The notes beneath the pieces are model-generated. The model ran no database searches. It was not told the DNA's origin and was given only the letters and a program-made list of their open reading frames with translations. From positions 10,261 through 74,260 of the forward strand of contig PLOI01000133.1 of assembly GCA_003142015.1 (NCBI GenBank): a DNA stretch of 64,000 bases, read 5' to 3'. Source of the stretch: Acidobacteriaceae bacterium (GTDB lineage Bacteria; Acidobacteriota; Terriglobia; Terriglobales; Acidobacteriaceae). Position numbers and translations under genes: made by a program. Positions 29,672 to 38,589 of the stretch are shown piece after piece (positions within the stretch are counted from its first letter, which is position 1; the number at the start of each line of letters is the position of its first letter).

Positions 29672-29765
29672 GTGCCCCATCCTTGCTGTCATCCTGAGCG
29701 AGCGCAGCGGAGTCGAAGGACCTGCTTCTTGCCGCTCTGTCGCAAGGGCGGGAAGCCACAAACCT
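29672..29765 (+). repeat. REP-like hairpin, copy 2, with a second repeat type nested in the loop
   Basis: GTGCCCCATCCTTGC...[GTCATCCTGAGCGAGCGCAGCGGAGTCGAAGGACCT]...GCAAGGGCGGGAAGCCACAAACC. Confidence 0.75.
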
Positions 29766-29883
29766 GAATCTGACTTGTTCATCAGGCTGGCGGCACAAAT
29801 GAAACACGCCACGCCGTAGCGATACAACCGATTTTTGCAGGCGTCTGATAAGCTTTTGCTGTTCCGCTTTTGAAGGAGTTTCT

Positions 29884-30417
29884 GTGACTCTACTGAAACT
29901 CAACCGCTTCCGGCCAATCAGTCCTCCTTATCCGGTTTGGATATTGGTCTGTTTTTGCGTGTGTGCGCTTGTGTCGGCTGCTTTTGCGCAATCCTCAACA
30001 GATAAGACCGCGGAAAGCCAGAAATCCCACAACAATCGAAAGATCAAAACCTCAACAGGCGTTATGGGCTCATTGCCTCCGAGAACGCAGCCCGTCTATC
30101 CGCCGGATGCCAAGGCCGCCGGAATATCCGGAACGGTTGTACTCGAAGCCACCATTTTGAAGACTGGTATCATCTCCGACCTGCGCGTCATCAGCGGGCC
30201 GCCCCTGTTGCAGCAGGCATCCCTTGATGCCGTCACGACCTGGCGTTACCGGCCCTTCATGGTCAAAGGCGTCCCGAGGGAAGCAAGGACCGCAGTCAAC
30301 GTCGTCTTCACGCTTGCCGAAGATGGAACAGCAACGGCAAAAGCAACAGGCGGCGATCTGAAGCCCGTCAAACCAGATCCTTACGCAGACGATTCCAAAC
30401 AACCAGAGAGCAAGTAG
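29884..30417 (+). CDS. TonB C-terminal domain protein
   Basis: PVYPPDAKAAGISGTVVL, LQQASLDAVTTWRYRP; N-terminal hydrophobic segment. Confidence 0.85.
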   Translation: MTLLKLNRFRPISPPYPVWILVCFCVCALVSAAFAQSSTDKTAESQKSHNNRKIKTSTGVMGSLPPRTQPVYPPDAKAAGISGTVVLEATILKTGIISDLRVISGPPLLQQASLDAVTTWRYRPFMVKGVPREARTAVNVVFTLAEDGTATAKATGGDLKPVKPDPYADDSKQPESK

Positions 30418-30525
30418 GCCGGGCATCCCTGCCACCATTCCGCCCCTAAGTTACAATAAGAATTAAGGCCAAGGCCAAACTTTCCTGCGGAGCATCCGCA
30501 AATAGAGCAAGGAGCTTCAACTTAG

Positions 30526-31086
30526 ATGTCGATTCCCGCCACACAAATGCGTCCCGGCATGATCATAAAACACAAAGACCAACTGCACCTGGTCTTCAAG
30601 GTTGAGCACCGCACCCCCGGCAATCTGCGCGCCTTCATCCAGGCCAAGCTGCGCAATATTCGCACCGGAGCCATGTTCGAGGAGCGCTTCCGCTCTGCCG
30701 ACGCCATCGATAAGGTCGTCGTGGACGAGGTCTCCATGGAGTTCCTCTATGCCGACGGCGACGACTACTACTTCATGAACCCGGTGGACTACGAGCAAAC
30801 CGTTCTCAAGGCTTCCACGCTCGGCGATGCGGTCGAGTACCTCACGCCGAATTTGCAGATCAAGGTCAGTTACCACGACGGCCAGGCCGTGGGCGTTGAC
30901 CTGCCCGCCGCCGTCGAGCTGACCGTCGTCGAGACCGAGCCCGGCCTCAAGTCGGCCACCGCCTCCAGCGTCACCAAGCCCGCCAAAACTGAAACCGGCC
31001 TAGTCGTCCAGGTGCCTTCCTTCATCAACGAAGGCGAAAAAATCCGTGTCGACACCAGCGAAGGGGCCTACCTGAGCAGGGCGTAA
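30526..31086 (+). CDS. efp: Elongation factor P
   Basis: HRTPGNLRAF loop, TEPGLK, KPAKTETG, VPSFINEGE, YLSRA. Confidence 0.96.
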   Translation: MSIPATQMRPGMIIKHKDQLHLVFKVEHRTPGNLRAFIQAKLRNIRTGAMFEERFRSADAIDKVVVDEVSMEFLYADGDDYYFMNPVDYEQTVLKASTLGDAVEYLTPNLQIKVSYHDGQAVGVDLPAAVELTVVETEPGLKSATASSVTKPAKTETGLVVQVPSFINEGEKIRVDTSEGAYLSRA

Positions 31087-31119
31087 ACGCTGAATGCAAG
31101 ATTATGAGCGTGTAAGATC

Positions 31120-31533
31120 ATGAACCGGATCGATTTTCAGAAGATTGCCGAGCTTCGCCTTCGGGAATCCAGGGTTTTGCTCGCCGCAGGATTCCCGGAT
31201 GGCGCATACTATTTAGCAGGGTATGCGGTTGAATGTGCGTTGAAAGCCTGTATCTCCAAGCGAACTCGAGAGCATGACTTTCCTGAGAAGAAACTGGTCA
31301 ACGACAGTCATACGCATGACTTGGGCAAGCTGTTGCAACTGGCAGAGTTGAAAGTCGAATTGGATTTGGTGATTGAGGCTGATCCGGCTATGCGGTCGAA
31401 CCTGGAAACAGTTCAGGATTGGTCCGAGACCAGCCGCTACCAGAAAAAGACGGATCAGGATGCAATAGCGCTTCTGACAGCAATTGAAGATCAGAAAGGA
31501 GGACTACTCCCATGGATACGGCTACGCTGGTGA
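31120..31533 (+). CDS. HEPN-domain protein
   Basis: AYYLAGYAVECALKA, HTHDLGKLL, WSETSRY pattern of standalone HEPN proteins. Confidence 0.82.
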   Translation: MNRIDFQKIAELRLRESRVLLAAGFPDGAYYLAGYAVECALKACISKRTREHDFPEKKLVNDSHTHDLGKLLQLAELKVELDLVIEADPAMRSNLETVQDWSETSRYQKKTDQDAIALLTAIEDQKGGLLPWIRLRW

Positions 31534-31895
31534 ATTTCGACATAGAAAACGGAAAAGAAGTCATCGATGCGCTGGATCGGAATGGAAAGACTCCCAATGT
31601 TGCGCTCTGGGCCAAGATTCCAGATTACGAAGATTGGAGGCTTGTAATCGCTTCAGACCGCCTTGACCAAACGTCCTCGCTTTCAGGCTATACAGAGATC
31701 AATGAAGCATTGAAGAGAGCGGGCTTTCCATTCCGCAGAAAACCTACAATCTCGCTGCGCCCGATGGACAAGCCGTTTATTCAAGCGCTGCGCCGCACAT
31801 TTGCTTCTACTGCTGATACCTACGGGATGCGCTTGGGAGGGCAGATGTTTGGCGATCAATATCTTGAAGACGCGTTTGTTTATCGCATTCGTTGA
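31512..31895 (+). CDS. Hypothetical protein coupled to HEPN gene
   Basis: 22-bp overlap with HEPN gene, GGAGG RBS; ALW...EDWRLVIAS...EDAFVYR; no GS/DxD nucleotidyltransferase motif. Confidence 0.78.
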   Translation: MDTATLVNFDIENGKEVIDALDRNGKTPNVALWAKIPDYEDWRLVIASDRLDQTSSLSGYTEINEALKRAGFPFRRKPTISLRPMDKPFIQALRRTFASTADTYGMRLGGQMFGDQYLEDAFVYRIR

Positions 31896-31934
31896 GATGC
31901 GTTGAACGCAAACGGTAAGCCCATTCATCCATGT

Positions 31935-31989
31935 ATATACAAAGATGAAAAACCACCGCCTTCAAGCGGTGGTTTTTCTCTTTGTATAT
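31935..31989. terminator. Long bidirectional intrinsic terminator
   Basis: atatacaaaga-t-gaaaaaccaccgc-cttcaa-gcggtggtttttc-tctttgtatat between convergent genes. Confidence 0.88.
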
Positions 31990-32012
31990 GGCGAATTGCT
32001 TGCAGCCTGAAA

Positions 32013-33854
32013 TCAGAAACCCGCCTCTGGCAGCTTGACCAGCCGCGCATCAAGCAGCGCTTCAATGGTCGAGAGCGCCTCCAGCACCGCATCGGAAACC
32101 GGCGCGTCTACCTGCACCACGGAGAGCGCCTTCACCGGCTTCGGTCCCGATCGCTCGCGGCCCAGGGCGAAGTTGCCGATGTTGACGCCCTGCTCGCCCA
32201 GTATGGTGCCAATCCGGCCAATCACGCCCGGCACGTCCAGATTGCGGCAGACGAGTAGATTGCCTTCGAGCGGCGTCTCGATGTCGATGCCGTCAAATTC
32301 CAGCAGCCGCGGCTGCTCGCCGTGAATCACCGTGGCGCTGGCGTGGCTCGTTCCCGCTGCCGTATGCAAGGCAATCGTCAGCACGCTGGCCGCGCCGCCG
32401 CGATGGCTCTCCTGCTTCTCTTCGTGGAGGCGAATGCCGCGCTCCTCGGCCACAGCCGCCGCGTTGATGCGGTTCACGTTCTCCGATCCCGCCAGCAGTC
32501 CCGCGATGGCCGCGTTGCGCATCAGCTCGGTCTTGGCCTCGGCCAGCGTGCCGCCATAAATCAGATGGATGGCATCAATGCCGGACTTTCCGCCGCTGAG
32601 CCCCGCCTGCGCCAGAAACCCGCCCAGCCTTCCAGCCAGGTCGATGTACGGCGCCAGCGCAACGTACTCTTCGTGACTCAGAGACGGGAGATTCACGGCA
32701 TTTTGCACCACGCCAAGTTTGAGGTAATCGCGCACCTGGCGCGCAATCTGGATGCCCACTGCCTCCTGCGCCTCGGCTGTCGAGCCGGCGATGTGCGGCG
32801 TCAGAATCACGTTGTCCAGCTCCGCGTAGGGCGAGTTCTTCAGCGGCTCTTCGGCAAAAACATCCAGTGCCGCGCCCGCTACATGGCCCGCCTTCAGCGC
32901 GGCAACCAGCGCCGCGTCATCGATCAGCTCGCCGCGCGCGCAATTGATAATCCGCACGCCCTTCTTCATCGCGGCTAACGTCTTGGCGTTGATTACCCCC
33001 GAGGTCTGAGGCGTCAGCCCCACGTGCAGCGTGATGTAATCCGAGCTGGCGAACAGTTCCTCTTGCGTCACCAGCCGGATACCGTTTTCGCGCGCCACGG
33101 CCGCCGAGACAAACGGATCGCTGCCGATAATCTCCAGCCCAAATCCGCGCGCCCTCCCGGCAACCTCCAGTCCAATTCGTCCCAGCCCCAGAATGCCCAG
33201 CGTCTTGCCGCGCAGCTCCGCCCCTTGCAGAATCTTTTTCTCCCACTTGCCGGCGTGCATCGACGCATTGGCTGCGGGCACCTTGCGCGCCAGCCCCAGC
33301 ATCAGCCCAATGGTCAACTCGGCCACGGCCACCGCATTCGCCCCCGGCGTATTCATCACCACAATGCCTCGCCGCGTGGCCGCTCCGGCATCGATGTTGT
33401 CCACGCCCACCCCGGCGCGGCCAATCACCCGCAGCTTCGGCGCGCGCTCCATCAGAGCGTCGTCCACCTGCACCGCAGAGCGCACCACCAGCGCGTCGGC
33501 ATCGAAGAGAGCAGCCGGCAGTCCGTCCGGCAGTTGGTCGTGCGTCAGAACTTCCCACCCCGGCTCGGCCGCAAACACGGCCAGCGTTGCCGGAGAAACC
33601 TTCTCTGCGAGAATGATCTTCATCGTGCCTCCCTTGCTCTTGCGCGCGGCTTCATACTCGTCGAAGCGGATGTTGTGCTGCTCGCACAAAATCTCGAAGA
33701 TCCGCACCACCGCCGCGTGCGGCTTGCCCTCGCCCCGTTCGTACTTGGTCAGTGAGTTGGCATGAACGCCCAGCCGCTCGGCCATCTCGTATTGATAAAG
33801 GTCAAGCTGCTTGCGCGCGATCAGCAGCTTCTCCCCAAAACTCAGTTCGGACAT
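32013..33854 (-). CDS. serA: D-3-phosphoglycerate dehydrogenase with in-frame N-terminal XRE-type HTH
   Basis: GRAGVGVDNID, GLGRIG, INCARG, TPHIAGSTAEAQ, ASB and ACT (NLDVPGVIG) domains; first 77 aa are HTH-like; canonical MKIILAE start at 33623. Confidence 0.92.
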   Translation of the reverse strand: MSELSFGEKLLIARKQLDLYQYEMAERLGVHANSLTKYERGEGKPHAAVVRIFEILCEQHNIRFDEYEAARKSKGGTMKIILAEKVSPATLAVFAAEPGWEVLTHDQLPDGLPAALFDADALVVRSAVQVDDALMERAPKLRVIGRAGVGVDNIDAGAATRRGIVVMNTPGANAVAVAELTIGLMLGLARKVPAANASMHAGKWEKKILQGAELRGKTLGILGLGRIGLEVAGRARGFGLEIIGSDPFVSAAVARENGIRLVTQEELFASSDYITLHVGLTPQTSGVINAKTLAAMKKGVRIINCARGELIDDAALVAALKAGHVAGAALDVFAEEPLKNSPYAELDNVILTPHIAGSTAEAQEAVGIQIARQVRDYLKLGVVQNAVNLPSLSHEEYVALAPYIDLAGRLGGFLAQAGLSGGKSGIDAIHLIYGGTLAEAKTELMRNAAIAGLLAGSENVNRINAAAVAEERGIRLHEEKQESHRGGAASVLTIALHTAAGTSHASATVIHGEQPRLLEFDGIDIETPLEGNLLVCRNLDVPGVIGRIGTILGEQGVNIGNFALGRERSGPKPVKALSVVQVDAPVSDAVLEALSTIEALLDARLVKLPEAGF

Positions 33855-33884
33855 TTGTTCCTTCCGGTTATCAGCGAAACTTTG

Positions 33885-33947
33885 AGCGAAGTTAGCGGTG
33901 TTAGCCAGAGCAGCGGAACTAGCTCCACGAACACCGCTAACTCCGCT
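33885..33947 (-). other. 18-bp intergenic stem-loop
   Basis: Minus strand agcggagttagcggtgtt-N27-aacaccgctaacttcgct with one G-U pair. Confidence 0.75.
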
Positions 33948-33966
33948 TTCCTTCCAGCCGGCTCAC

Positions 33967-35142
33967 CTACAATTTCACCGCCTCTGCAAAAACCTTCTGC
34001 GCTGCCGCCACTGCTTGGCCGTACTCGACCGGCAGCCCCAGCGTATCTTTCGCAATGTGTTCCATCGCTCCCAGAAACGCCACCGTATCCAGGTAGTCGA
34101 AAAATCCCAGATGCGCCACGCGGAAGATCTTGCCCTGCATCTCTCCCTGGCCGTTTGCCGTCACCAGCGCAAAGCGGGCTTTGAGCGCCTTGACCACCTC
34201 GCCCGAGTTCATTCCCTCGGGCATTGCCACAGCCGTAGCCGCCGCCGCCGGAGCCGTGGGCGCAAAGAGTGTGAACCCCAGCGCCACCAGTCCCGCCCGC
34301 GTCGCCGCAGCATTCACCTGCGCGTTGTCGATCAGCGCAATGCGGCCTTTTTCCAGGTCGCCCCCGGCCTGTCCGGCAATGTAATCCAGTGCCGCGCCCA
34401 GCCCGGCAATCAGCGCCACAGCCGGCGTATACGCGCTCTCGCCCTTCACGGCGTTCTTGCGCTCCTTGCGCAGGTCGAAGTAGAAGCGAGGATTCTTCGC
34501 CCCCTCCATCGCCGCCCACGCCTTCTCGCTCACGCTCAGATAAGCCAGGCCCGGCGGAATCATTACCGCCTTCTGCGAGCCGCCAATCAGCACGTCGATC
34601 TCCCAACCGTCCACGTCGAAGTGCGTGGTGCCTAGGCCGGTAATCCCGTCCACCACCAGCAGAGCCTCGCTGCCCGCCTCTTTCAGCAGCTTCGCAATCC
34701 CCTCCACATCGTGCCGCACACCCGTCGAGGTCTCCGTCGCCTGCATGTAGAGGACACGATGCTCCGGCTTCAGCGCCTTGCGCACTGCGGCCAGATCGAA
34801 GGTCTCCCCGTAAGGCGCTTTCACTACCTCAGCCGCGCAGCCAAAAGCTTTGGCCAGTTCCACCCAGCGCTCGCCGAATTTGCCCGCCGTCAGCACCAGA
34901 ACCTGGTCGCCCGGCGATGTGAGATTGGAAACCGAAGCTTCCATCGCTCCCGTCCCCGAGCTCGCCAGCAGCAGCACATCGTTTTGCGTGCCCACGAAAA
35001 CCTTCAACTGCGCCAGAACCTTTTGATAGAGCGCGCGAAACTCCGGAGTGCGGTGGTGCATGTCAGCCGCAGCCATGGCAAACTGAGCCGCAGGAAGGAG
35101 CGGCGTCGGTCCGGGGGTAAACAAGCGGGTCTTGTGAATCAT
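33967..35142 (-). CDS. Class V PLP aminotransferase (serine-pyruvate / alternative phosphoserine aminotransferase type)
   Basis: FTPGPTP, HHRT, SSGTGAME, ETSTG, GGSQKAVMIPPGL, FRVAHLG; upstream of serA. Confidence 0.88.
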   Translation of the reverse strand: MIHKTRLFTPGPTPLLPAAQFAMAAADMHHRTPEFRALYQKVLAQLKVFVGTQNDVLLLASSGTGAMEASVSNLTSPGDQVLVLTAGKFGERWVELAKAFGCAAEVVKAPYGETFDLAAVRKALKPEHRVLYMQATETSTGVRHDVEGIAKLLKEAGSEALLVVDGITGLGTTHFDVDGWEIDVLIGGSQKAVMIPPGLAYLSVSEKAWAAMEGAKNPRFYFDLRKERKNAVKGESAYTPAVALIAGLGAALDYIAGQAGGDLEKGRIALIDNAQVNAAATRAGLVALGFTLFAPTAPAAAATAVAMPEGMNSGEVVKALKARFALVTANGQGEMQGKIFRVAHLGFFDYLDTVAFLGAMEHIAKDTLGLPVEYGQAVAAAQKVFAEAVKL

Positions 35143-35464
35143 TCTTTCTCCTCGTCTCTGAACTAAAAGGATGCCATCCGCGATTCCTGCGGTTTTGCGT
35201 AATCACAGAATACACATATTTGTGGCTTATATGAATTTATTTTCGTGCCCATGATTCACATTGCCCAAAAGCTCCTGCAGCCCTTCCAACGTCTAGAAAC
35301 TCCGTCTTGGGAGTCGATTTTAGCTGTCGCGGTGATGCAAGCTATTGAAAATAAACTCCAAGATGGCTTCGCATGCCGTGAAGCTTCCGCTCCAAGGGCT
35401 GGTCGGAGCGGGCAGGCCGGGGTAGCCTTTTTGAAGTTCGTCAGTCTGTAAGAAATTGATTTTA

Positions 35465-35551
35465 TGGTGCCCGGAGGGGGACTTGAACCCCCACGGCCTT
35501 GCGGCCTGCGGATTTTAAGTCCGCTGCGTCTGCCAATTTCGCCATCCGGGC
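35465..35551 (-). tRNA. tRNA-Leu(TAA)
   Basis: Reverse complement GCCCGGATGGCGAAATTGGCAGACGCAGCGGA-CTTAAAA-TCCGC...long variable arm...CCGGGCACCA. Confidence 0.97.
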
Positions 35552-36040
35552 AAAAAGACAGCTAAGTTATTGTCTCTTGCTGCGGTCACCGGCATTGCCG
35601 TGCCTCGCCATCCTTCCGATTCCCCTCATTGGATTCTAATTGCAGATTGGAGCGGACCCGAAAAATGAGCCTGGAAGCACGACACAATTTTCGGTGATTG
35701 GCGAATTGTGTAGCGGAAACGTCTCTACGCAGAACCTCTTTCGGTATCGTTCAGGATGACGGTTTGCGATGTGCAATCCCAGGCCGGATTCATGGCCTTG
35801 CTGCGCCTCCGTGACAGAGGCGCCGTGGTCGATTGAACGATGCGCCCTGTGCTAGCATGAAGGTTGCCGATACCTCCGATCTGGCCGGACTGGCCGGGCG
35901 GGGAGCGAGTCAACGATTGTGCATGTATAAAGAGACGCACATCGCTCGATCAAGACGGCGATATCCACGCTGGAAACAGCGCACAGGCCAGCATCCAGAC
36001 GCCAGGCCCATCCTACAAAATTCTTGCGAAGGGGATCTCT

Positions 36041-37648
36041 ATGAGCACAGTCACCGCAGTTTCCGACGTTGTAACGACGGATCGCTACTATTCCATTCCG
36101 AGCGATGCAGAGCCCGATGCCATCAGTGGCGAGTTCGCCAAAAAGCTGAAGTACTATGCGGGCGGCGTTTGGCGGGAATCCAAGACCAGCAAATACATGC
36201 CTTGTTACGATCCGTCGACGGGCGCGGTCATAGCCTATGCGCCGCAGTGCACGGCCGATGAAGTCGAAGAGGCCGTTCATGCTGCAGCAAAGGCTTTTCC
36301 AGCATGGAGAGATACTCCTATAGCCAAGCGCACCCAGGTGCTCTTCAAAATGAAGCAGTTGCTCGATGAGCATCTGGATGAACTTACCTATCTCTGCGCG
36401 CAGGAAAACGGCAAGAAGTGGGACGAAGCAGCCGGCGACGTGCTCAAGGCGATCGAGGTTATCGAGTTTGCCTGCGGCGCACCGCAGATGATGAAAGGCG
36501 AGTCTCTGATGAACGTCTCGACCGGCTACGATACTGTCCAGTTTCGCGAGCCTCTCGGTGTCTTCGCCGGCATCGCACCGTGGAACTTTCCGGCCATGCT
36601 TCCGCATGGGTGGATGGCTCCCATCTGCATCGTCACCGGAAACTGCATTGTGCTGAAGGTGGCCAGCTTTGTGCCGCAGTCGGCCATGCGCATCAGCGAA
36701 CTCTGGAAGCAAGCCGGCTTGCCCGACGGCGTGCTGAACCTGGTGACCACCAGCCGCAATGAAGCGGAGATTCTACTTCGGCATCCCGACATCAAGGGAG
36801 TTACGTTCGTTGGTTCCACCAGCGTCGGCAAGCACATTTATGCCACTGCCGCCGCCAACGGCAAGCGCGTGCAGGCGCTTACAGAGGCCAAGAACCACGC
36901 TCTGGTGTTGAAGGACGCGGTTATTGAGCGCGCCGCGCAAGGAATCATCAACTCCTTCTGCGGATGCGCCGGTGAACGTTGTATGGCGCTGCCCGTGGTT
37001 GTGGTTGAGAACTCCGTGGCTGACAAACTTGTAGAGGCCGTCACGCGCATGGCAAAGGAAGTTAACCTCGGACTTGCTTACGATAAGAACACCGGCCTGG
37101 GCCCGGTGGTCAATCAAGGACACAAAGAGTACGTTCTTGGCTGGATAGAGACCGCTATCAAGGAAGGCGCAAAACTGGTTCTCGACGGGCGTAATCCAAA
37201 GGTCCCAGCGGAATGCGCGAAGGGAACATTCATCGGCCCCACGATCTTTGACCATGTAACCGAGGAGATGACCTGCGGCCGTGAGGAGATCTTTGGCCCA
37301 GTGCTCTGCGTCAAGCGTGTGAACAGCTTCGAAGAAGGTCTCCAGTTGATGAACAATAACCGCTTTGCCAACGGCTCGGTGATCTACACCGAGAACGGCT
37401 ATTTCGCGCGCGAGTTTGTCCGGCGCACGGATGGCGGTATGGTGGGCATCAATGTTGGTATTCCAGTTCCGCTGGCGGTATTTGGATTCACCGGGCACAA
37501 GCAGTCGTTCTTCGGCGACCTTCACTGCATGGGGCGCGACGGCTTCCTCTTCTACACCGAGACCAAGAATGTAACTTCCACCTGGTTTACCGGCACGAAG
37601 ATTCCCGCCAAGGTGAGCACGTGGGATGGAACCATGACGCGCGGGTAG
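36041..37648 (+). CDS. mmsA: CoA-acylating methylmalonate-semialdehyde dehydrogenase (MmsA/IolA)
   Basis: PWNFPAM, FVGST, AKNH, GCAGERCMA, EEIFGP, GINVGIPVP, KQSFFGDLH. Confidence 0.9.
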   Translation: MSTVTAVSDVVTTDRYYSIPSDAEPDAISGEFAKKLKYYAGGVWRESKTSKYMPCYDPSTGAVIAYAPQCTADEVEEAVHAAAKAFPAWRDTPIAKRTQVLFKMKQLLDEHLDELTYLCAQENGKKWDEAAGDVLKAIEVIEFACGAPQMMKGESLMNVSTGYDTVQFREPLGVFAGIAPWNFPAMLPHGWMAPICIVTGNCIVLKVASFVPQSAMRISELWKQAGLPDGVLNLVTTSRNEAEILLRHPDIKGVTFVGSTSVGKHIYATAAANGKRVQALTEAKNHALVLKDAVIERAAQGIINSFCGCAGERCMALPVVVVENSVADKLVEAVTRMAKEVNLGLAYDKNTGLGPVVNQGHKEYVLGWIETAIKEGAKLVLDGRNPKVPAECAKGTFIGPTIFDHVTEEMTCGREEIFGPVLCVKRVNSFEEGLQLMNNNRFANGSVIYTENGYFAREFVRRTDGGMVGINVGIPVPLAVFGFTGHKQSFFGDLHCMGRDGFLFYTETKNVTSTWFTGTKIPAKVSTWDGTMTRG

Positions 37649-37908
37649 CCGTCCGCAATTTGATTCAAGGGTGAGCGTCAAAGGGTCGTGTTCGCGAAAT
37701 TGCACTCGTGGGCACGACTCGCTTGTTAGAGCGACAGACGCGAGGCTTCAGGCCGGCAGATCGTGGAGCTGGTTGATGGCTGTTCGGATTCTCTTTTTGC
37801 ACTCGCTTATAGTCCGTGATTCTTCTAACATTGAATCTTGTCATATCCTAATTCCCTGCCTGACCGATTTCCTCGACTAGTTCCCTTTACTCGCCCATGG
37901 CGCCTACG

Positions 37909-37935
37909 AAAAAACCCCGACTCGAAGGTCGGGGT
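37909..37935 (-). terminator. Intrinsic terminator (minus strand)
   Basis: accccgac-cttcga-gtcggggt followed by a T run on the minus strand. Confidence 0.75.
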
Positions 37936-38482
37936 GTAAGCGTGTTGTGTTCCCACCCTGGACTTGCGCCCGCCACATTGAAACGATGGGGGCATGGAAA
38001 CGACCAAGGTGCGTGTACGGCGTTCTGTCGCAGAGAAGCGGCGGATTGTTGAGTTGACGTTTCAACCAGGACAGAGCGTGGCGCGAGTGGCGCAAGCTGA
38101 GGGCGTGAACTCGCATCAAGTGTTTCAGTGGCGTCGGGCCTATCGCGCCGGGGAGCTGGTGGTGGCCGGGGAGCACGCGTCATCGCTGTTGCCGGTAATT
38201 GTTTCAGCGACGGGTTCATCGAGCCTGGTTGAGCGGCAGCAGACCGTCAGTCAAGAGCCGTCAGTTTCGTCGGGCGCGATTCACATCGAGTTGCGGGGCC
38301 GCGTCGCGATCACCGTGGAGCGTGGTGCGGACCGAGCAGTGCTGCAAGCGATTCTGGAGACCTTGCGGAAGTGATCGAGCTGCGAACAGGCACACGCATC
38401 TGTATCGCCGCAGACGTGACCGATATGCGGCGCGGCTTTCCGGGGCTGAGTGCACAGGTGCAGATGATACTCAAGCAGCAAG
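37936..38482 (+). mobile_element. IS66-family remnant (left end, tnpA, truncated tnpB; tnpC absent)
   Basis: Begins GTAAGCG (IS66-type terminus), followed by TnpA- and TnpB-like ORFs with GTGA overlap. Confidence 0.85.
37994..38374 (+). CDS. tnpA: IS66 accessory protein TnpA (HTH)
   Basis: RRSVAEKRRIVE...SVARVAQAEGVNSHQVFQWRR; C-terminal IHIEL..RVAI. Confidence 0.85.
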   Translation: METTKVRVRRSVAEKRRIVELTFQPGQSVARVAQAEGVNSHQVFQWRRAYRAGELVVAGEHASSLLPVIVSATGSSSLVERQQTVSQEPSVSSGAIHIELRGRVAITVERGADRAVLQAILETLRK

Positions 38483-38589
38483 GCTCCGAGCCGTTGTCAT
38501 GCATCCAGCCCGTTGTCATGCAGAAAGCGTCCCAGGGGCCGAATTGGACGGAAAATCCGGACCATGCGGTCAAGACGGAATACGATTAA
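38371..38589 (+). pseudogene. tnpB: IS66 TnpB, truncated after about 37 codons
   Basis: GTRICIAADVTDMRRGFPGLSAQVQ matches the TnpB N-terminus; the expected FVFRGRR segment is missing. Confidence 0.82.

Noticed and set aside
35143-35460. Riboswitch or small ORF upstream of the serine operon
   Set aside because: No recognisable glycine, SAM or T-box consensus; the 68-aa ORF has no motif support.
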